Made by a program: the position numbers and the translations under genes
In this document: positions 57,001 through 64,000 of the stretch, in pieces
Numbering within the stretch: the stretch's first letter is position 1
Layout of the letters: each line of letters begins with the position of its first letter
From: Lama guanicoe
Taxonomy: Eukaryota
Reading direction: 5' to 3'
NCBI GenBank assembly: GCA_013239625.1
Contig: MU054132.1
Span: 310,001 to 374,000 of the forward strand
Length of the DNA stretch: 64,000 nucleotides
Notes under the pieces: generated by a model
Told to the model about the DNA's origin: nothing
The model's input: the letters and a program-made list of their open reading frames with translations, nothing else
The model's database searches: none

Positions 57001-57569
57001 CTCAAATCCTGATCTGCCCATTCTGATAACCCCAAAGAAAGCCCACTTTCTGGCCAGTTCTGGACTCCAGCTCAAAGGCTACCTCCTCAACGCAGCCTTC
57101 TGATGTTCCCAGGCAATGGGCTGTCACTCCTCTGGGCCCAGAGCACATCAGGGTCCGACCCCAGGCCCAAGACACAGGCCTGTGGCCAATCCTACTCATA
57201 ATCTGGCCTTAGTAACCCTTCCTCAAGTCCCTGTCAGTATGGGGGCATCTTCTGGAGCCCCTGAAGGCCTAGCCCAGAGCCCGGATTGGACCATCTTCAT
57301 TAAACCCTTAGAGCACAGTTGGCTGGAGGGCAGCAGAGCCATGGCCTGGACGGGGGTCCTCCCCACAGCCCACCTGCCTGTCCCCGGAGGCCCCTCACAT
57401 TTCTGACCCCAGCCCAGGTTTCCACACCAAGGCTTGGCCCCCACTCTCACCTCCCCCAGAGCCCACAGGAGGAAGGGGCATCTGAGGCAACATTTCAGGG
57501 GCTCTCAAAAACAGTCCTGCCCCAAACAGCCTGATGGACCTATTTCATAATGTTTGAAATCCTTTTACT

Positions 57570-57910
57570 GGGAACAAAACTTCTACAAATAAAATTAATT
57601 ATGCAAGATTGGTATTATTTCGTTCTTAAATATGTAAGACTTCAGTGGAGCCATCTTAGTCTGAAGTTTGTTTTGTGAGGTTTTAGGTATGGGGGTCAAT
57701 AGATTTTCTATTTCTTCCTGAGTCAGTCTTATTAAATTGTGTCTTTCAAGGAATATCCATTCACCTAAGTTACTGAATCTACTGGCATAAGGTCGCTTAT
57801 AATATTTCCTTATTATCCTTTTAATGTCTCCAGAATCTGTATCGATATCCAATGATGTTGACCATTTGTGTCTTTTTCCCTCTTAGACCAGCTAGAGATT
57901 TATCAACTTG
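57570..57910 (-). mobile_element. L1 ORF2 fragment
   Basis: ORF 57595-57852 (DIDTDSGDIKRIIRKYYKRPYASRFSNLGE..FLERHNLIRLTQEEIENL) resembles L1 ORF2 (TTDPTEIQ..IREYY..LYANKL.NLEEMDKFL....LPRLNQEE.E.L). Confidence 0.85.
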
Positions 57911-59734
57911 GGGATATGTCCGGACTTGTGTGTTTTAACGAGGTGTTTGGTCCTCAGTCCCCTCCTGGAAGGAGCCCTCATTAGCTGAGAGAACCTGGCT
58001 CTCGATGGTATACGAAGTTGGGGTGGGAACATCTATAAGTATGTGCTGCCTGAATGTAGGGCAACCATCAGAAGCTCAATTAACACCAGAAAAGCAGGGG
58101 CAGAAGGAAGGCTGCTGCATCTCCTCCTGCTGCCCTCCCCACCCAGGCAAAGACAAGGTCCCTCCTGCCTTGTACCCCTGGACCCCTCTGTGCTGGGTCT
58201 GCCCTGGGCACAAGGATAAAGGAAACAAGAACCCTGCCCTCAAGGATCTCAAGTCTACTCAAAGGAACAGACTTAGACAACTGTAACTGGCCCATTAGTG
58301 GGGAGGAAAGCTTCATCAAATGTTCTGCACACCTGGAGAACTGGCAAAGAATAGGTGTTGTCAGGGAAAGAGGTAACCCTCAAACTCAATTCTAAACGTC
58401 CAGTGTGGGGTTACCGAGTCCTAAAGGCAGCAGAAGAGTCCTCGGAAAGGTAACTGCCTGGCGAAGCCATGAGCACAGAGCAAGGGCACAGGTAAGACCT
58501 GCAGGGCAGAGCCGCATGGCTGGGCCATCCGGGACTGAGGAGGTCGGGAGCACAGGGGGCTGGCAGGGAACTTGACCCAGTGCTGTGGGTGGGCTGAGGC
58601 CAGCATGGGCTGGCGCTCTGAAAGGGCACTCTGACAGCCGGGAAGGAGAGTTGTGGGAGGAGAGGCAGAGACCAGAAACCAGGTGAGGTGCTCTACTCCC
58701 AGCCTGGACCTGCCTCAGCCTGCTGCTGTTTGTGTGTATGTGCTGGGGGGTGGGGGTGGTTAAGAGAAAATGAGAGCTGGGAGGTACCACTGGGGCAGCT
58801 GTGCTGAAGCAGGGGCGCTGGAGTTGAGGGGACAAGGAACAAGCCCGTCCCTCACCCCAGGGGGAGCTGATGCCTGGGGCTCTCTCTTGAAGAAAAAGAG
58901 GGAGGCAGGAAAGCATTAACAGAGAGACATTCCAACTTCTGGTCTAGGTTCCTCCCACCGTGACACCATTACTAAAGCAGCTGGAGACTCAGTAGGAACT
59001 CACAGATGCAGAAACACTTTCCTACGCCTAGCCAAACATGCCTCCTTAGCCTGGTGTATTGTCCACAGAAACAGCACTTCTGTTCAACAATCAAGACAGA
59101 ATAAGGCTCCAAGCCCTAGACCCTGAAGAAGAGGTGAAACTGGCCCCAGTTTGAGCCTTTCCAGTTCTGACTTGGGCCCAGGTTGGGGAAAAGTCAAAGA
59201 GGGGTGCTACGGAGGGGGACAGGGATAACAGGAAGGGACTGACAACGCTGAGGGCGAACCTGGTGGGTTTCACAATATCACCCCGTTGCTGATCCTCAGA
59301 GCTAGGACAGCCCCATGTGGGGCAGAGGGACTTCCTGTCGGGCAGGCACGGCTGCAGCGGGAGCTGTGCTCTAAGGGCACTTAGAGGGTAGGGCAGTCAC
59401 CCAGAGTCTAACGCACCCTGAAGATGCAGTGATAAAGCCCTGGGTTGAATGCCACCACGCCTGGGCCCAGACGCTTCATGGCTCTCTACTGCCCAGAGAG
59501 TGGGTAAGAGGATGGGGAGGGGAGGTTCCAACTCTCCTGGGCAGGCCTCCATCCTGGCAGGTGGCAGGGCCCCTGGCACACCAGTGGCTGCTAAGACGAC
59601 CTGGCCCATGTGTCCACTGTCTAGCAGGCGGAGAGTTCCTTGAGGGCAGATACCTGTCTTACCAGTCTGAATTCATGGGCCTGACACCATCTACATCAGG
59701 TACAGCCCAGTGGGTCGAGCTCACAGATGCTGGG

Positions 59735-59850
59735 TGGGAACCCGACTGGCAAGTTTGGCTCGATTTCACCTTGCTGTGTGACCTTGGGCAAGCTCTTTGA
59801 CCTTTCTGGCCTGGCTTTCCTCATCTAAGAAAACAAGGGCTATCATACCA
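59735..59850 (+). mobile_element. MIR SINE
   Basis: gctgtgtgaccttgggcaagctctttgacctttctggcct...tttcctcatct is the MIR core. Confidence 0.8.
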
Positions 59851-62800
59851 GTATCATGGCACTATTACAAGAAAAAAATGACCAGGGACGAAGAAGGCCT
59901 GCAGCTTTGTCCAGGGAGCAGACTCTGAAGGGCAGGGAGAAAATCGGGCTGGCTGCAGGGACGGGCTGCAGAGAAGCCAGGGGACCACACGTCCATACTG
60001 TTGGCACCTGCAGAGGTCACGATAAGCTTTCATCTTCATTGTTCTTACCTGGCGTTCTCTGCAGAGCAAGCAGATGGACAGTGTCAACTCTGCTTCACAA
60101 AGACGTCAGACGATGTGTCAGACAATCTGTGCAGAGTGGAGAGATCGTCTGATTCCCCACTCAGTGCTTCACCAAGAATCAGAACTGGGCAGGGGAGGGT
60201 GGGGACTAACAACCTAGAGCTAAGAGGCACTGCTCTCTTGTGGGTGAGGACATTATTCCCTAAAGGCCTGTGAGCAGAGAGAGAACAAAGTGCAGGGAGC
60301 TGGGGGCTGGGGAACAGTATCAGGGAGCGGGAGATAAGGGCTGCAGATAAGAGCCGGAACTAGGTCAGCGGCAGAGGGACAGAACAAGGGGGTGCCCGAA
60401 TCCTATGGGGGAAGGGAGGGGTCAGAGACGACTGAGGTCCTGGTTGGGACTCACTGGGAGAATGAAGGTGCCTTTGACAAAAAAGTTGGCAGTGCTTACG
60501 GGACAAAGAAAGGGTACGGCAGCTTTCAGGACGACTATGGTTGAGGCCTGATGCCTGGCGTCTGATGAAGGCTGATGCAGACAAAGGCTGAGGGTCCAGT
60601 GCCTGTCCAGGTGTCCTCAGCAGAGGAAAGGCTGGTCCTACCATCGATACGCCAGCTTGAGGCCCAGGCACCAGCACACCAGGCCAACCCATGGCCTTGC
60701 CCCAGGTGAATGTGACGTCCTGCGTGTGGCAGAGTGTGAGTGTGGGGAGCGGGCCACAAGCCACCTCTGGTCCTGTTCTGCCATAAGTGTGACTGAGGAA
60801 CCAGTCGTGCAGAAAGGAGGCAGCAGATAACCCCTTCAGCAGATGGATATAAGTCAACAAATACTGGAGGGCTCCTCTGTGCTAGGTACTCCACACTGGC
60901 TGCTAAGGAGATGAAAAGAACAAGAAGGCAATTAGTGTTCAAAGACCAGGGTGGGGACTCAGCCTGGGTCCACGGACAGGATTCCAGAGGACCGTGTTCA
61001 GACACACACAGGCCAGGTGTGAAAAGGCCTCATTTTTCTAGAGTAAGAATCCAGAGCGCTTCAGATTCTTAGGGGGGAAAGGACCCAGAGGAGGTAACAA
61101 CAGCATGGTGGGCTGGGGGGTTCTCTGGGTGGCACCTGAGGTGTCTGGGGAGGCTCTCCAAAGAAGGACCACCTGTCTTGCATTTTAAAGGCTGAGTGGG
61201 AGCAGAGGCTGGGGGGAGGGCAATAGAGGGAACAAGAGGCACTGTGAGTGTGAGAGGCTTGCAAGGGCCCTTCCATTGTCCCCACACCCCCTGCAAGGAG
61301 AGCCCTTGGAAGGTCACACCGAGGGCAGGGCAAAGACCAGTCCCCCTTTGCTTCATACCCAGCCAGCCTGGACCAGTTCCTCTGAGCAGCCAGGCATGGC
61401 TCCCAACTCTCGCCGGGCCCCTCTGTGTAAGAGGCGCTGTGGTATGGAGGAAGCCTGGCAGCAGGACTGGACAGGCTGGTGGTAAGAAAATCACTCTCCA
61501 CTGCTGACCAATGGTGAGACCGGGGGTAATGGCAGGACCTCTCTGAGGCTCTGCTCCCTCCCCTGTAGGGCTGGTGCTATGTCACCAGGGTGTTTGAGGA
61601 TTAAATACAGTGACTTGGGTCCACTGTCTGATGCAGGACCCCATATGACCCCCACCGTGGGAAGTAGTCTGCTGGCATCCTGGGGAGTACTGAGTCCTGC
61701 CATCATCGGTGATGGGGCTGACTGTTGCTGCATCCTTCTTGGGAACAGGAGGCTCCCTCTGCTCTTATCCCCCTACCCCTCTGCCCCAACCTTTCACCTC
61801 AAAAAAACCCCCAAGAAAGTGGATAGTTCTGGGAACCACAGCAGACTTAACAGGTACCGGGACCCAAGGCCCAGATCCAGGCTGGGAAGCAGAAGGCCTG
61901 TTAACTGTTAGACCAACCAGCAGAGAAAATGATCCATACCTGACATTTTTTAAACGTAGTAAGGTGTGAATGGAATCCTTTTCTGATAGTGCTTTTTTAT
62001 TTTCTGCCAAGTTTCTGTAAATGACAAACTTTTAATTCTTAAAATTGAGGCTCAAATTAAGAATGACCTGCCTGATTCCTTCAGGGATGAGTGACAAGGG
62101 CCCCAGGCTGGAAGAGCAGGCCCACATCTGTGAGGCCTCCCCAGAATCAGGCCTCCCTGATTCTGCACCCACCACAAAACTCCACAGCCGCTCACAGACG
62201 GTTGGTGGGTTTCAGCACTTTCCCTGGCTGTGCGGCCTGAAGGTTTCACCCCTTTTTAGCAGAAGGGTGTTCTTCCCAGGCAGGCTCTCTAATAATAACG
62301 GACCCAGACATTTGATTTCACATGGACTTGTCTACATAAGATTGTTTGTCGTCTGTCTTCCCTGCTAAATTGGAAGCTTCAAGAGGCCTGAACATCAGTT
62401 CCCCAGCACCTGGCACATAACAACACCTGGACCAACAGCAAGGGAATGAATGACAACCTGGGGGAGGCAGGATACACATGCTAACTCCCCCCCTTACAGA
62501 TAAGGTTCCCCTCCCCACGTTGTCTGAGCCTCCCAACAGTGCTCGTGTGTCAGGCATCACTAGGCTTGCCTCAAAGATGTAGGGACTGAAGCTCGGTGAC
62601 ACCTAACTCAGGTCTGTGTGTGTCTGATTCCACACTCTTTCCATCTGGGGGACACAGACAACCAGAAGCCCAGTGCCCTGCTGCCACACATGCTGTGACT
62701 CCTACCAATGTACCTGCTGTTCACCACTTACCTGTCTGTTCTATCCTCCCCTCTGACAAGTTTCTTTCCTGCAGAATGAGGGCAAAAATTCCAACCGTGC

Positions 62801-62924
62801 CCACCTCCCAAGAGTGTGGTATTCTAACTAGATGCCATAGAACCAGAAGACTTCCCACTGGAAGGTGAGCTCTGGGTAGGGCTGGACTCAACTGTTATTC
62901 ATCTCTGTTCTACTGTATTTTTTT

Positions 62925-63110
62925 ATAATAACAACAGTCATAACAGTATGCCAGGTAATTGATTATTCAGGTAAATGAAAGCCTATTATTTAATCAGCAA
63001 AAAAATCTAACGAAGTCAACAGTGCTTTCTCCTTTCACAGATAAGAAAATTGGAGGCCAAGTGCTGTTAAACAACCCACCTGAGTCGCACCACTTGGAGT
63101 TGCCAGCGCC
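62925..63110 (-). mobile_element. MIR SINE
   Basis: tatgccagg...ttatttaatc...tttcacagataagaaaattggaggcc...gttaaacaacccacctgagtcgcac. Confidence 0.6.
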
Positions 63111-64000
63111 CAAAGGGTAGGGTGAGCCCCCACAGAACCTAGCCCTCTGCTCTGGCCCTAGTTCTGCCCCACCTCAATACACAGATGGTCTCAGTGGCAT
63201 CTAACGGCACTCAGCATCACATCAGGGGGTTGGCAGCTCTTCCCAGAGTCGCTTCAGAGAGACATGACCAAACTATCAGGATCCCCAGATGCAGCCATTT
63301 CTGGGCCAGGCACTCCAAGCCCAGGAAAGCATCACAAGGAGATAAAAGAGCAACGCATGTAGCAGTGTCCACAGCTGTATTCCTAGTAACAGGGGGAAGT
63401 GGAGCTATGAGGTGAATGTGGCCTGCCGGGCAGTGAGGCAGGCCAGCGGCCCATGCACCTGGCCAGAGTGGTCACTGAAGCAGCAACATGAAGGGCAGCA
63501 CCATGTGAGACAGAACAGGACTGCAAGGGGCATGGAGCCTACACACAGAACCGTGAATGAAACCATGGCAACGCCTTGAGTACAATGGTCACAGACCTCA
63601 CAGGCTCACACAAAAAGACCGTGGGCAGTGCTTCTTCCATTTCCTTTCATTCTGTTGTCAAAATGATCTAACAACAAAATGATTTAAAAACAAAAGCGAC
63701 ATGAGGAACCCAGCTGCCTGTGGCTCACTGTCTTGACTGTACTCACACCCCAACAGGCTCTCCTGCCCTTCACCTGGCCCTCAGGTCCGACACAGCCCAG
63801 TCGATGTTTAATGACCTTTCTCAAGCTTAGAAAAAACAAAAACAAAACCCAAAAGCCAGCCGTGCTGAGGCAAGAGGAGGGCAGACAGGCCTGCATACCC
63901 AGTGTCCCCCTGTGTCCCGGGAGGGACTGGGCTCAGCAGCCACACTGCAGGACGAGTGCCCTCCCCATCAGGCCAAAATCTCCCCCTGAATAATCAGCAT

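Noticed and set aside
54045..64000. CCDC12 exon 1 or another gene in the last 10 kb
   Set aside because: There is no CpG island and no EEEALRRKERLKALR-like peptide. The region looks like intron 1, with MIR, L2 and L1 relics.

Overview
This is mammalian genomic DNA, most likely from a camelid, judged from a Vic-1-like tRNA-derived SINE and camelid-type L1 3' tails. The + strand carries the complete coding region of PTH1R (parathyroid hormone/PTHrP receptor, a class B GPCR): 14 coding exons at 1839-21231, about 587 aa, with a CpG-island promoter and a probable upstream non-coding exon. The - strand carries coding exons 2-7 of CCDC12 (Cwf18-like spliceosome protein, 39620-54044), converging on PTH1R; its exon 1 lies beyond the window. 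The roughly 18 kb between the genes holds a ~60-bp-period minisatellite, TG-rich repeats, L1/MaLR/MIR/L2 relics and several TSD-flanked retro-insertions. I found no convincing new multi-gene system. The most notable observations are: an anomalous 3' end of PTH1R exon E1 (probably an assembly error); an in-frame, stop-free PTH1R intron; uORFs created by splicing of the 5' UTR; a non-canonical A-rich 3' end; two near-perfect, divergently oriented CTCF motifs, one overlapping a CCDC12 splice acceptor; a MEF2 site in the promoter; and a three-layer nested insertion that includes an unidentified processed-mRNA fragment. Comparisons with human proteins and repeat consensus sequences are from memory, not from alignments.
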